In this document: piece after piece, positions 37,367 to 51,240 of the stretch
Position numbering within the stretch: position 1 is the first letter of the stretch
Layout: every line of letters starts with the position of its first letter
Source: an uncultured Gemmataceae bacterium
GTDB taxonomy: Bacteria; Planctomycetota; Planctomycetia; Gemmatales; Gemmataceae
Direction: 5' to 3'
Assembly: GCA_963750165.1 (NCBI GenBank)
Contig: CAVVPN010000003.1
Span: forward strand, 2,880,001-2,944,000
Length of the DNA: 64,000 nt
Notes under the pieces: model-generated
Databases searched by the model: none
Seen by the model: the letters and a program-made list of their open reading frames with translations, nothing else
Told to the model about the DNA's origin: nothing
Translations under genes and position numbers: made by a program

Positions 37367-38925
37367 GCGACACCTTCTTTCTCTCGATTCGGGATGCGGT
37401 TGTCGTTGCGAATCTTCTTCAGACGGGAAAACAGCAGTCCCCGGCCGGCGTTGACGGCTTTGAGGTCGCGGCCGCCGTCGATTCGACCGATGGAATCGTT
37501 GAAGGCGTCCTTGGCGGTAGGGTGAAGAGTGTCCCAGTACCAGCTGTTGACGCACGCCCCAAGGTCCGCCCCGTCGGCGGCGAGGGTGACCAACAGTTCG
37601 CGGAACGGCCGCTCCAACCGAGACCAGTAGAGACGGTCTGGGGCAAAGGAATCGACCACGGCGCTGACGCGGTCTTTGTCCGGATTCATCTCAGCGCTGC
37701 CGGTTAACCAATTCGCCGCCGCCGCCCAGGCCGCTTTTCGTAGCGCGTCTTTGACGGCCTCCGCAAGTTCAAGCGAATGTTTAAGTGACTCCACCAGTTC
37801 TGGACGGTCGAGGTACGCGAGCGGCAACGGCAGGGTTTCGTGCCGCCAGAAATTGACCTTGGCCTTGTCCGTGCAAAGACCGAAGACGGACACGCGGTAG
37901 CGGGCCGCGCGAGGCAACACTTCTTTCAACTCGAAATGCGCCAGTGTGTGCAGCGTGGTCGGCCCCTTGAACTGGTCGGCCTCCGCAAATTGAAAGAGGG
38001 TCGCACTATCGCGCCACAGGTCGCGGTTCTCGCTCAGCCGGACAGGCCGGTCACCCTCTTCCTTGCTGCGTGAGTACGCGATCATCGGGTCGTAGAACCC
38101 AGCCGGGACTTCGAGCTTCCGCCCCTGGGCGTACGACACCCGGCGGACCATCACTTTCCCGTTAACTTCTTCGGGGTGCAACCGGAGTGTCCGACTCTGC
38201 CACGTCAGGTAGTCAAGGTAGCCACGCGGGCGGCCCGGTTGTTTGTGTGGTTCGGTTGGAGGCCGCTCCCACACTGGGACATCATCGGGCAAACTGGCAA
38301 CGGGGTCTTTGTTAGAGAAGACTGTGAGGTTCAACCACAAGGTCTCGAACAGGGTGTCACCCCGCGCGAGAACCACCGCTCCGGAGACGAGTGGGGCGTG
38401 CGTAGTGTTGCCGGTGTCGCTCTTGCCGCCTCCCACCGCGAACGCTTGCTCGGCAACCACAACTCGGGCGGCGCGGGCCGGGGTCAAGGCCGGTGGAGGG
38501 TCATCGGTCGTGTGGTCGAACAGGGCAGCGTTGTTGCCACGGGACAATTCTTGAGCCAGCCGGTTGATTCCACTCGGCTCTTTGGTGGTGAACCCCGCTC
38601 GTTGGAAGAACGGGTATTTCTCATGGAACAAATCGAACCGATCAGCCCACTCAGCGAAGTAGGTGTTCACGCGGTTGGCATCGAACATTCCAGCCTGCCG
38701 GGTGGCAACCCGGTCTGCCGACTTCCTCGGTCCCTGGTAACAACGGTGCAAGATTGCAAGGAGGAGTCGGTGCAGCGCGACAGTAACCAGAGGTGACTCG
38801 TCGCGGATTTCGGTAATCGTGTGCGCCTGAACCAGCACATCGTGGAGGCTGTACTCGACCGCCCTACCGTCGCGGAAGAGACATAGAATGACAGGTTCCC
38901 TTGCGAGATTAAATGACACTGCCAC
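37363..38925 (-). CDS. casA: Cas8e (Cse1/CasA)
   Basis: SFNLAREP, RLLLAILH, FDLF..YPFFQ, LFDH, GDTLFETL.LNL, DYLTWQSR; GTG start with a purine-rich RBS. Confidence 0.93.
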   Translation of the reverse strand: MAVSFNLAREPVILCLFRDGRAVEYSLHDVLVQAHTITEIRDESPLVTVALHRLLLAILHRCYQGPRKSADRVATRQAGMFDANRVNTYFAEWADRFDLFHEKYPFFQRAGFTTKEPSGINRLAQELSRGNNAALFDHTTDDPPPALTPARAARVVVAEQAFAVGGGKSDTGNTTHAPLVSGAVVLARGDTLFETLWLNLTVFSNKDPVASLPDDVPVWERPPTEPHKQPGRPRGYLDYLTWQSRTLRLHPEEVNGKVMVRRVSYAQGRKLEVPAGFYDPMIAYSRSKEEGDRPVRLSENRDLWRDSATLFQFAEADQFKGPTTLHTLAHFELKEVLPRAARYRVSVFGLCTDKAKVNFWRHETLPLPLAYLDRPELVESLKHSLELAEAVKDALRKAAWAAAANWLTGSAEMNPDKDRVSAVVDSFAPDRLYWSRLERPFRELLVTLAADGADLGACVNSWYWDTLHPTAKDAFNDSIGRIDGGRDLKAVNAGRGLLFSRLKKIRNDNRIPNREKEGVA

Positions 38926-39008
38926 GCTGGCACCCCTTCCTGTCGGTGGTGTTGTCCAGATTGCGTTGAAATAGCAAGAATCCAGCAAGGCGATCCACTT
39001 GCCGGGTC

Positions 39009-39100
39009 GAGGACGCCCCCACACACGTGGGGAAGTTGAAAGGTCGGGGGTCAGAACCGCCCGTTACTCACGGTTCACCCCCACAACACGTGGGGAAACA
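39009..39100 (-). ncRNA. Degenerate one-spacer mini-CRISPR (CreA/CreR-like regulatory guide)
   Basis: Pseudo-repeats 39071-39100 (intact GTGAACCG handle and stem) and 39009-39037 (stem kept); 33-nt spacer 39038-39070. Confidence 0.85.
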
Positions 39101-39128
39101 AAAAACGTGGGGGAGTCAGAAGGGTCAA

Positions 39129-39335
39129 TCAGCGGCCCAGTCGCGGTAGCGCTCCGCGTTTGCGGGCATTCGCCAGCAACCGCCAGAACTCAGCCTGCGT
39201 CAGGACAGCACCGGTGCTGCGCTGCACCTCCTCCCAAAGCCACTCGAACTCCTCCGTGTAAGGCAGCTGGTCTGCCGCCATTCCCTGACGCTGGTAGCAT
39301 TCGGCCAACACCGATAGCAGAGCCGTTCGGTCCAT
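39129..39335 (-). CDS. 68-aa helical protein of unknown function (candidate CRISPR-repressed toxin or regulator)
   Basis: AGGAGGTG RBS 5 nt before the ATG; dedicated promoter upstream. Confidence 0.85.
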   Translation of the reverse strand: MDRTALLSVLAECYQRQGMAADQLPYTEEFEWLWEEVQRSTGAVLTQAEFWRLLANARKRGALPRLGR

Positions 39336-39365
39336 AAATTCACCTCCTTCCGGCTGCTAAACCGA

Positions 39366-39394
39366 ATCTTAGGCAGCAGGCTCTGCCATGTCAA
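39366..39394 (-). promoter_or_regulatory. Sigma70 promoter TTGACA-N17-TAAGAT
   Basis: -35 at 39394-39389, -10 at 39371-39366. Confidence 0.85.
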
Positions 39395-39418
39395 ACGTCT
39401 CTACCACCCGTCACTCAT

Positions 39419-39420
<2 letters not shown>
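39385..39420 (-). promoter_or_regulatory. Predicted Cascade binding site of the mini-array guide (PAM AAA)
   Basis: AAA-TGAGTGACGGGTGGT versus guide TGAGTAACGGGCGGT. Confidence 0.8.
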
Positions 39421-42176
<2,756 letters not shown>

Positions 42177-43157
42177 TTATTCGTAAACTTCCCAACCACG
42201 CCGAAATTCGTCGCGCACCTGTTCGCGCAGCTCCGCCGGTTCCAGCACCTCACATTCCGGTCCGTACCCCATCACCCAGCGCCGCACTTCCAGCAAATGG
42301 CTCACCGTCAGCGTCAATTCCAGGCTGCCGTCGCGCCGCTCCTTGATGACCTGGCTCGGGTGCCACTCGCGCAACTTCACGTACCGCGCCGCTTCTCCGG
42401 TGAAGCGCAACCGTACGCGCTGCGGCCCGGCGTCGCCACGCATCGACCGAAAGCTCGCGTCCAGGTAGTCGCCAATGCGGAAGTCCGCCGGCCGCTCAAA
42501 GCGCTCACCCGTCTCGCGCAGGGAGCGAATCCGCGCCGGCACGAACATGCGCACCTCCTCCCGCAGGTGGCAAAACGCGACCAGATACCACTCGCCTTGC
42601 ACGGACGTCAGGTGGTACGGATCGACGGTGCGGCGGCACTCCTCGTCGCGCAACGCGCTCCAGTACAGCAGCTCCAACCGCCGGCCCTCGCGCACCGCCC
42701 GCATCAGCTGCCGGAAGCAGCGCACGGCGCCGGCGTCCGCCTGGGGGCTGCGGAACGAGACGGTCTCGCCCAGGTGCGACAGATCGACCGTCACCTCGTC
42801 CGGCAGCTGAGCCGTCAGTTTGCGGAAGGTGGTCGCCAGGTCCGCGGCGTAGGGGGTGCCGTGGTAGGTCTGCATCAGGCGTTCGGCCAGAAAGAGCGCC
42901 ACCAGTTCGCCCTCGCTGAGGCGCAACAGCGGCAAGGCGTAATCCGGCAGGCTGTAGTAATAGCCATGCCGGCGGGCGTCGTATTCCAGCGGCGCACCCA
43001 GCGAGTCGCGGAGGAACTCCAGGTCGCGCAGGACAGTCCGACGGTTGACTTCCAGTTCGCCGGCAAGCGTGCGGGTATTGGGGTAGCCGCCAGCGCGGAT
43101 GCACCGATCCACGGCCACCAGGCGGCGCAGCGGGGGACGAGAAGTTCGTTCCATCAT
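42177..43157 (-). CDS. HTH-WYL-WCX transcriptional regulator
   Basis: LAGELEVNRRTVLRDL, VDPYHL, WYLVAFC, WVMGYG..EVLEP.ELR. Confidence 0.95.
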   Translation of the reverse strand: MMERTSRPPLRRLVAVDRCIRAGGYPNTRTLAGELEVNRRTVLRDLEFLRDSLGAPLEYDARRHGYYYSLPDYALPLLRLSEGELVALFLAERLMQTYHGTPYAADLATTFRKLTAQLPDEVTVDLSHLGETVSFRSPQADAGAVRCFRQLMRAVREGRRLELLYWSALRDEECRRTVDPYHLTSVQGEWYLVAFCHLREEVRMFVPARIRSLRETGERFERPADFRIGDYLDASFRSMRGDAGPQRVRLRFTGEAARYVKLREWHPSQVIKERRDGSLELTLTVSHLLEVRRWVMGYGPECEVLEPAELREQVRDEFRRGWEVYE

Positions 43158-43199
43158 GGTGGGCTACCAGCGAAGGACGGCCATTCAACAACTTTAGAG

Positions 43200-43234
43200 A
43201 GTATATTCAAGGGGGTGCGACATTGCCTGTCATA
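43200..43234 (-). promoter_or_regulatory. Putative WYL operator palindrome and -10 box
   Basis: TGCGACA-N5-TGTCATA at 43216-43234; TATACT on the minus strand at 43205-43200. Confidence 0.5.
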
Positions 43235-43287
43235 TGCGAAAAGCAATTCTTGAGGTTTACTTCTTGCCTGGCCTCTGCGCGGCTTAC

Positions 43288-43617
43288 TCACGTCTTCTTG
43301 CGTGGACGCTCCATCTCCAGCACGAACGTCCCGGCTTTGAGCGTGTCGCCGCCCTGGTTCCAGGCGGCCGCGTTCGGCCAGACGATCAGCGTCAGCCGCC
43401 CGGCCTTCAGCGTGCATGTGCAGGGCAGCGTGTTTCCCTTGCCCTGCACGTCGAGGCGCCCGCGTTTGGCGTCGAGTACCGCCCTGCCCGTGGTCTCGGT
43501 CTCGCTCAGTGGCGTCTGAAGTGTGAAGTTACCGACCTCCAACTTCAGATGCCAGTGCGAGTCCTCGGCGGGATGTCCACCGTGCCCTTGGCCGTCAGGA
43601 GCTTTACGGCGACCCAC
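43288..43617 (-). pseudogene. Probable fragment of a small beta-rich protein
   Basis: Protein-like C-terminal half, no good start. Confidence 0.3.
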
Positions 43618-44182
43618 GAGCCAGCCAGTTTTGCCCGCTCGTCCTAGCGGGCCTCCAGGACGCAGGGAAAGGCCGTTGCCATAACGACAGCCAGGTGGGT
43701 GAAATGCCTGGGTTCGGTTCCTGGGGTAAAAAGAGAATGGGCCGGCGTGTCCGTCCGCGGCATCGCCCAGTCAGCGCAGCCGTTCGGCCGGCCCAGGGCA
43801 CAGGAGACCGCGTCGCCAGCCCGGCGTCAAGGTGCATGCCAGGCTGGGGGCCGCGGGCCACAGCGAGATTTTCTTGGCGCCGGCGGGGCTGACACGATAC
43901 ACTCTTGGGAGTGTCGGCCCCGAGCCAACTCAGGAGCCAGAAAAAAGTACCATGCGGACATTTGCTGTACCAGTGCGGCCACGCCCTCCGAAGGGTGACA
44001 GAAACACGTCGATTTCCAGGGATCCGGCGCGTCTTCCTGGTAAGATTTTGGTAAGCCAGCTGGCCGTGTCAGCCCTGTTCTGCCCCAACGTGATCGGGAC
44101 GCAGATTAGCCTAAACTGAATAACGGAAAAGGGTTTCCAACGCGGAAGCCATGCGGCCTGAGTGTGGCTGAAATGTGCTTTT

Positions 44183-44242
44183 GCCGGACTCAAAATCCGG
44201 TCTCCGCAAGGGGGTGTGGGTTCGAGTCCCACCTTCGGCAGT
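44183..44242 (+). repeat. attR, displaced 3' part of tRNA-Leu
   Basis: 55/60 identical to 24206-24265; lacks the 5' acceptor strand and D arm. Confidence 0.93.
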
Positions 44243-44396
44243 CAGGTGCTGCGGTGCTGCTCAGGACACGTCAGCAACCTTCCAGTTTCCTTCCAAAATC
44301 CTGGCAGAAAGAGGCGAGCGGCGCGGCGTCAGCCCGCCGGTTCTTCCCAGTACCGGCGCTGACGCCGCGCCGCTCGCCTTTTCAGGAGTTTCGTGC

Positions 44397-44954
44397 ATGG
44401 CCGTGCCCCCCGTCCGCAAACCCACCCGCCAGGAGATCGCCGCGGCGCACGGCCGGACGCTGCCGGACCTGATCGGCCCAGGGCTGAAAGTGCTGTTCTG
44501 CGGCATCAACCCGAGCCTGTATTCCGCCTGTGTGCGGCATCATTTCGCGCGACCGGGCAACCGCTTCTGGCCGGCGCTGGCCGCCGCCGGCTTCACCGAT
44601 CGACTGCTACACCCGTCCCAGCAGGGGGAGTTGCTGCAGCGCGGCTACGGCCTGACGAACCTGGCGGGCCGGGCGACGGCGCAGGCGGCGGAGCTGACAG
44701 CCGCGGAGTTGGTCGCCGGCGCGGCACGGCTGGCGAAGAAGGTCCGGCGCTATCGGCCGGCGTTCGTGGCGTTCCTGGGCGTGAGCGCCTACCGCACGGC
44801 CTTCGACCGCCAGCGGGCGCGGCTGGGGTTGCAGGCCGAGCCGCTGGTCGGCGCGGGCGTGTGGGTGCTGCCGAGCCCGAGCGGGCTGAACGCGCACTAT
44901 CAGCTGGCGGACCTGGCCCGGCTGTACCGCGAACTGCGCGAGGCGGCGGCCTGA
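44397..44954 (+). CDS. mug: G/U mismatch-specific DNA glycosylase
   Basis: FCGINPS, HFARPGNRFW, LPSPSGLNA. Confidence 0.93.
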   Translation: MAVPPVRKPTRQEIAAAHGRTLPDLIGPGLKVLFCGINPSLYSACVRHHFARPGNRFWPALAAAGFTDRLLHPSQQGELLQRGYGLTNLAGRATAQAAELTAAELVAGAARLAKKVRRYRPAFVAFLGVSAYRTAFDRQRARLGLQAEPLVGAGVWVLPSPSGLNAHYQLADLARLYRELREAAA

Positions 44955-44966
44955 GGGAGGCGATTC

Positions 44967-45878
44967 ATGAAAGTCGGCTTACTGGTGGGTCGAGAATGGT
45001 CCTTCCCGCCCGCGTTCCTGGAGGAGGTCAACCGCCGCGGTGCTGGCGTCACCGCCGAGCACGCCCGCCTCGGCGGCACGCGCATGGACGAACCAGTGCC
45101 CTACACCGTCCTTCTCGACCGCATTTCGCATGAGGTGCCCTACTACCGCAGTTATCTCAAGTATGCCGTCCTCCAGGGCGTCATGGTCGTCAACAACCCG
45201 TTCATGTGGACGGCGGACGACAAGTTCTTCGAGGCGGCCCTGGCGACGAAGCTCGGCGTCGCGCACCCGAAGACTGTCGTGCTGCCGAACAAGGATTACG
45301 TGCCCGGCATCGTGCCGACCGAGAAGCTGCGCAACCTCGTCTATCCGCTCGACTGGCAGGACATCGTCGATCACGTCGGCCTGCCGTGCGTGCTCAAGGA
45401 CGCGCACGGCGGCGGCTGGCGCAACGTCTCGGTCTGCCAGTCGCTGGACGAGTTGATCCACCATTACAACCAGTCGGGCCTGTTGACGATGGTGGTGCAG
45501 GAGTTCATCCGCTGGGAGCACTACGTGCGCTGTCTGGTGCTGGGCCGGCAGGATGTGCTGCCGATGAAGTACGACCCGCATCGCCGTCGCTACCTGCCGC
45601 CGGACGACGTGCCGGCCGCGGTGCTGCAGCGCATCGTCCGCGACTCGCTGACGCTGGTGCGCGCCCTCGGCTACGACATGGATTCGGTGGAGTGGGCGGT
45701 GCGCGGTGGTGTGCCCTACATCATCGACTTCATGAACCCGGCGCCGGACATGGATGTCAATGCGCTGACGAAGCCGTACTTCGACTGGGCGGTGACGCAC
45801 ATGGCAGATTTGGCCATTCGACTGGCGCAGGAGCCGCGGCCGCCGGTGCGCGAGCTGCGCTGGGCGACGTTGTTCTAA
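44967..45878 (+). CDS. RimK-like ATP-grasp protein
   Basis: DDKF, PKTVVLP, K..HGGGWRNV, QEFI, IDFMNPAPD. Confidence 0.88.
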   Translation: MKVGLLVGREWSFPPAFLEEVNRRGAGVTAEHARLGGTRMDEPVPYTVLLDRISHEVPYYRSYLKYAVLQGVMVVNNPFMWTADDKFFEAALATKLGVAHPKTVVLPNKDYVPGIVPTEKLRNLVYPLDWQDIVDHVGLPCVLKDAHGGGWRNVSVCQSLDELIHHYNQSGLLTMVVQEFIRWEHYVRCLVLGRQDVLPMKYDPHRRRYLPPDDVPAAVLQRIVRDSLTLVRALGYDMDSVEWAVRGGVPYIIDFMNPAPDMDVNALTKPYFDWAVTHMADLAIRLAQEPRPPVRELRWATLF

Positions 45879-45983
45879 CACTCTGAACGTGGGGCAGACA
45901 TTCCTGTCGGCCGGTCCCTTGGCAGACAGGAATGTCTGCCCCACGTTCAGACCGCCAAGCTGCCAGCGGCAGAAAGACCGGGA

Positions 45984-47624
<1,641 letters not shown>

Positions 47625-47693
47625 TTAACTGGTCCTTGTGGGGTAATTTCGGTTTTGCTTCGTGGGACAGACAGGAATGTCTGCCCCACGGAA

Positions 47694-47996
47694 TTACTCG
47701 TCAATGACCGCGAGCACATCTTCCTCGCGCATCAGCACGACGCCCTCGTCGGTGCTGGTCGCGCGGGAGCGGAACTCGTCGCCGGCCCAGATGGTGAACA
47801 GCACCTTGTCGCCGGCCTTGACCTGCAGCGGCCGTCGCGTGCCGTCCTTGAGCAGCCGGCCAGGGCCGACCGCCACGATGGTGCCGCGCTGCGGCTTGTT
47901 CTTCGCGGTGTCCGGCAACACAATGCCGCCCGCCGTCTTGTCTTCCGCGGCCTGGCGGCGCACCACAATCCGATCACCCAGGGGTTTTACCGTCAC
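47694..47996 (-). CDS. groS: Co-chaperonin GroES
   Basis: KPLGDRIVV, TAGGIVLPDTAK, REEDVLAV. Confidence 0.98.
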   Translation of the reverse strand: MTVKPLGDRIVVRRQAAEDKTAGGIVLPDTAKNKPQRGTIVAVGPGRLLKDGTRRPLQVKAGDKVLFTIWAGDEFRSRATSTDEGVVLMREEDVLAVIDE

Positions 47997-48131
47997 GATT
48001 CATCCTCCGTGTGCTCAGCGCTCGGGAAAATAGTTTCAACTACCCCAAAGCAAGTCTCATGCCCGAAGGAATGAAGCGCTGCAAGTGCTTGATTGGTTGA
48101 CGGTTGCGAGAAATCGCTGGAAGGGATCGCG

Positions 48132-48147
48132 GCAGGGCTCCTGCCAA
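48132..48147 (-). promoter_or_regulatory. Possible sigma54 (-24/-12) promoter of groESL
   Basis: TTGGCAGGAGCCCTGC, GG-N10-GC. Confidence 0.4.
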
Positions 48148-48355
48148 GTTGTCCGGAGGAACGGCCGGCATCTGTCGGAATGGCAGTCCGAAGAGTCCAA
48201 GCCCGAGCGCCAGCGCGGGGCCTCGCGCTGGCGCTCGGACGGCAGACGTGATTCGCAAAAAAGGTCAGGCCGTGGCCAGTGTGGCAGGGCGTCCTCTCTA
48301 ACGCCCTGCCGCGCTGGCCACAGCCTGACTGCGGTCTATCATCAGCCGATCGCGG

Positions 48356-48556
48356 TCACTGGTTCACGATCGTCGGCGCATCCGCCTTGGGGGGCTGATT
48401 GCCCTGAAGCGGCAACAGCTCCTGGCGGAAGATGGGCACATTCCGCGGGGCCTCGATCCCCAACCGAATCTTGCCGCGATCGATGTCCACGACCGTGATG
48501 CAGATGTTCTCGCTGATGTAGATCTTCTCTCCGAGTTTGCGACTCAATACCAGCAT
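48356..48556 (-). CDS. csrA: Carbon storage regulator
   Basis: MLVLSRK.GE.I.I, RLGIEAP..V.IFRQEL. Confidence 0.95.
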   Translation of the reverse strand: MLVLSRKLGEKIYISENICITVVDIDRGKIRLGIEAPRNVPIFRQELLPLQGNQPPKADAPTIVNQ

Positions 48557-48880
48557 AGCGCTACCCTCCGTTGAGCGTGGCTTGGTTGGCGTGCATCGAA
48601 TTCTACGCCATGAAAGTCTTCGACAAGGGCAAGGTCAGCCCAATTTCCTTCAGGTTCCCCACCCCCGACCTGCGCACATCCGGCACGCGCCGCGCAGGCG
48701 CCACGCCTTGCGCCTGCGGCAGGCTTTCAACTCCCGGAGGGTCATCGAGTTATGTACGGAAACTCAGATGATCTGACCGGCGGGGTGGGGCACTTATCCT
48801 ATTAGACTACGGCCGGGCGGCAATGGTTCCGTATTGCGCGATTTTTTGACCAAGACACTCGGGTTTTGGACAGCGGGCTG

Positions 48881-49891
48881 TCACTGCGGAGCGGTGGGGC
48901 GGAGCGCCAGGCCGGCCAGGAAGTTCCAGACCACCGCCGCCGCCCAGCGGACACTTTGGTGGTCGCGGTCGTACCGCGGGTTGATTTCCACCAACTCGAA
49001 ACTCCGCACGCACCGCTCACGCCCCGCGAGGTATGCGCACCACGTCACCCTCGTCCCGTCCAACCCCAGGGCGTTCGGAGCGCTCACCCCGGGCACATCG
49101 CGCGCGTGTACCACGTCGGCGTCCAGGGTGACACACACCTGGCAGCCCGCTGCCTGTAGCCGCTGCACTGCCAACGTGAACCGTTCCATCAGGAAGAATT
49201 CGCGAGCCAGTTCCGCCCAGCACACCACACCGCCGCGCTGTTCCAACCATTGCAGGTGTTGCCGGCTGACACTGTGAGGCTGGGCTCCCAGGCAAACGTA
49301 ATGCTCCCCGGGCAGGGGATGGGTGGGATGCTCCAGGGCTTGCCGAAACGGCGTCCCGCTATGCCCCTGGCCTTCCATCAGGGGCCGCACGTCCAGGTGG
49401 GCATCCAGATTGATGATGCCGGCCTGGAGGCCAGCCGTGACGTAGCCGAGGTAATGCCCGTAGGCCGTTTCGTGCCCGCCTCCCAGCACGACCGGGACCG
49501 CCCCGGCACTCAAAACCTGACCGACGACCTCCCCGAGCCGCGATTGTGTCGCCTCCAGGTCGGCATCACAGTGAACGTTGCCCGCGTCCAGCAGCGACGG
49601 CAATTCAACTCCCCAGCGGCCGTCCCACGGCGTCAACCGCCGTAACTGCTGCCGGATCGCGTCCGGCGCCGCCGCCGCCCCGACGCGGCCGCCGTTACGG
49701 CGCACGCCCTCGTCCTGCGGGAAGCCGACCAGCACCGGCCGTCCCGGATGCAACGCCGCCGGGTCGCCGTCCCACGTCTCAATGACCTCGCCCAGCCGCG
49801 GATCATCCGGGCGGCGCGGCAGCGCTTCCGGTGGAGGTGGCGGCTCAAGCAGCCCAAACCACGCGGCCTTTTTTGACGACGCGCCCGACAT
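48881..49891 (-). CDS. hutG: Formimidoylglutamase (arginase family)
   Basis: DEGVRRNGGR.GAA, LGGGHE, DAHLD, PGVSAP, ELVEINP; adjacent to hutI. Confidence 0.92.
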   Translation of the reverse strand: MSGASSKKAAWFGLLEPPPPPEALPRRPDDPRLGEVIETWDGDPAALHPGRPVLVGFPQDEGVRRNGGRVGAAAAPDAIRQQLRRLTPWDGRWGVELPSLLDAGNVHCDADLEATQSRLGEVVGQVLSAGAVPVVLGGGHETAYGHYLGYVTAGLQAGIINLDAHLDVRPLMEGQGHSGTPFRQALEHPTHPLPGEHYVCLGAQPHSVSRQHLQWLEQRGGVVCWAELAREFFLMERFTLAVQRLQAAGCQVCVTLDADVVHARDVPGVSAPNALGLDGTRVTWCAYLAGRERCVRSFELVEINPRYDRDHQSVRWAAAVVWNFLAGLALRPTAPQ

Positions 49892-51086
49892 GATTGACCC
49901 CGTAGTGGTAGAACAGCCGCCGGTAATCCGGCACGTCCGCGATGAGCAAATCCGCCTGCTTGCCCGGCGCCAGCGAGCCGACGCGCTGCGACCGCCGCAG
50001 CGCCGCCGCCGCGTTCAGCGTCAGCGCCGCCAGCGCCTCGGCCGGTAGCATCTTCATCTGTGCGCAGGCCATCGTGCCGATCAGCGGCAGGTTTTCGGTC
50101 GGGTCCGTGCCCGGGTTGCAGTCGCTGGCCAGCGCCACCGCGGCGCCGCCGTCGATCAGCCGCCGCGCTGGCGCGTACGGCAGTCCCAGGAAAAACGCCG
50201 TCCCCGGCAACAGCGTCGCCACCGTTTCCGACTGCGCCAGTGCCTCGACACCCGCGTCCGTCACGCACAGCAGATGATCCGCCGACGCCGCTCCCAATCG
50301 CACCGCCAGTTCCGCTCCGCCCAGCGGCGTCAGCTCGTCGGCGTGGACTTTCAGGCCCAGCCCCAGCGCCGCCGCCCGCCGCAGCAGTGCGTCGGACTCC
50401 GCGACACTGAAAACGCCCGTCTCGCAAAACACGTCGCAGAACTCGGCCAGCCCGCAGCGCACCACCTCCGGCAGCATGACATCGGTCACCAGACGCAGGT
50501 AGTCGGCGCGGTCGTGTGCAAATTCTGGCGGCACCGCATGCGCACCCAGGAACGTCGGCACCAGCTCCCACGGCCCCTCGGCGTTCAGGTCCGCAATCGC
50601 TTCCAGACACTTCACCTCGTCGGCCGGGCTGAGGCCGTAACCGCTCTTGACCTCAACGGTGGTGACGCCGAAGTGCAGCAACCGTTGCAACCGCGGCCGG
50701 GCCAGGTCGCGCAGCTGTTCGCGCGACGCCTGCCGCACGCGCCGCACCGTGGCGTTGATGCCGCCGCCCGCCGCCGCGATCTGTTGATACGTCGCCCCCT
50801 GCAAGCGGCGCTCGAACTCGTCCTCCCGGCTGCCGGCGAACAGCAGATGCGTGTGACTGTCCACGAAGCCCGGCAGCACCGTCTTGCCAGTCGCGTCGAT
50901 CGCGTTCGCGTCCGGCGGCAGCGGCGGCAGGTCGCGTGTCGGCCCCACCCATTCAATGGTGTCGCCGCGCACCACGACGGCGCCATCCGCAATGACGACG
51001 GGTTCGTGCAGGGCAGCGCCGCGCTTGACGTGCTCGCCTGGCTGGCCGACACAGGCCACCTGGGCAGCGTTGCGGATGACGAGCAT
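49845..51086 (-). CDS. hutI: Imidazolonepropionase
   Basis: PGFVDSHTH, EVKSGYGL, FLGAHA, DVFCE, KVHADEL, ASDCNPG. Confidence 0.96.
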   Translation of the reverse strand: MLVIRNAAQVACVGQPGEHVKRGAALHEPVVIADGAVVVRGDTIEWVGPTRDLPPLPPDANAIDATGKTVLPGFVDSHTHLLFAGSREDEFERRLQGATYQQIAAAGGGINATVRRVRQASREQLRDLARPRLQRLLHFGVTTVEVKSGYGLSPADEVKCLEAIADLNAEGPWELVPTFLGAHAVPPEFAHDRADYLRLVTDVMLPEVVRCGLAEFCDVFCETGVFSVAESDALLRRAAALGLGLKVHADELTPLGGAELAVRLGAASADHLLCVTDAGVEALAQSETVATLLPGTAFFLGLPYAPARRLIDGGAAVALASDCNPGTDPTENLPLIGTMACAQMKMLPAEALAALTLNAAAALRRSQRVGSLAPGKQADLLIADVPDYRRLFYHYGVNHVGRVVKKGRVVWAA

Positions 51087-51240
51087 GATGACTCCGAGTT
51101 TGCCGGTTGTAGGGCGCAAACGGTGCGCTAATTCAATCCGACCCGTGTGTGCGTGCTCCCCAGAACCGTTACAATGAGAGCGCAAGTTTGTCCAGCGGCC
51201 GCGTTCCCAGGCGGAAGCCCCACCTACTGCAGGAGAAGCC

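Noticed and set aside
38926..39024. N-terminal extension of Cas8e in the ORF track
   Set aside because: It begins inside the pseudo-repeat; the GTG at 38925 has an RBS and matches the family start.
39009..39100. tracrRNA or random array debris
   Set aside because: Type I-E uses no tracrRNA, and the seed match with mismatches at 6 and 12 over a promoter argues for function.
44183..44242. Second tRNA-Leu gene
   Set aside because: No 5' acceptor strand or D arm; it is attR.
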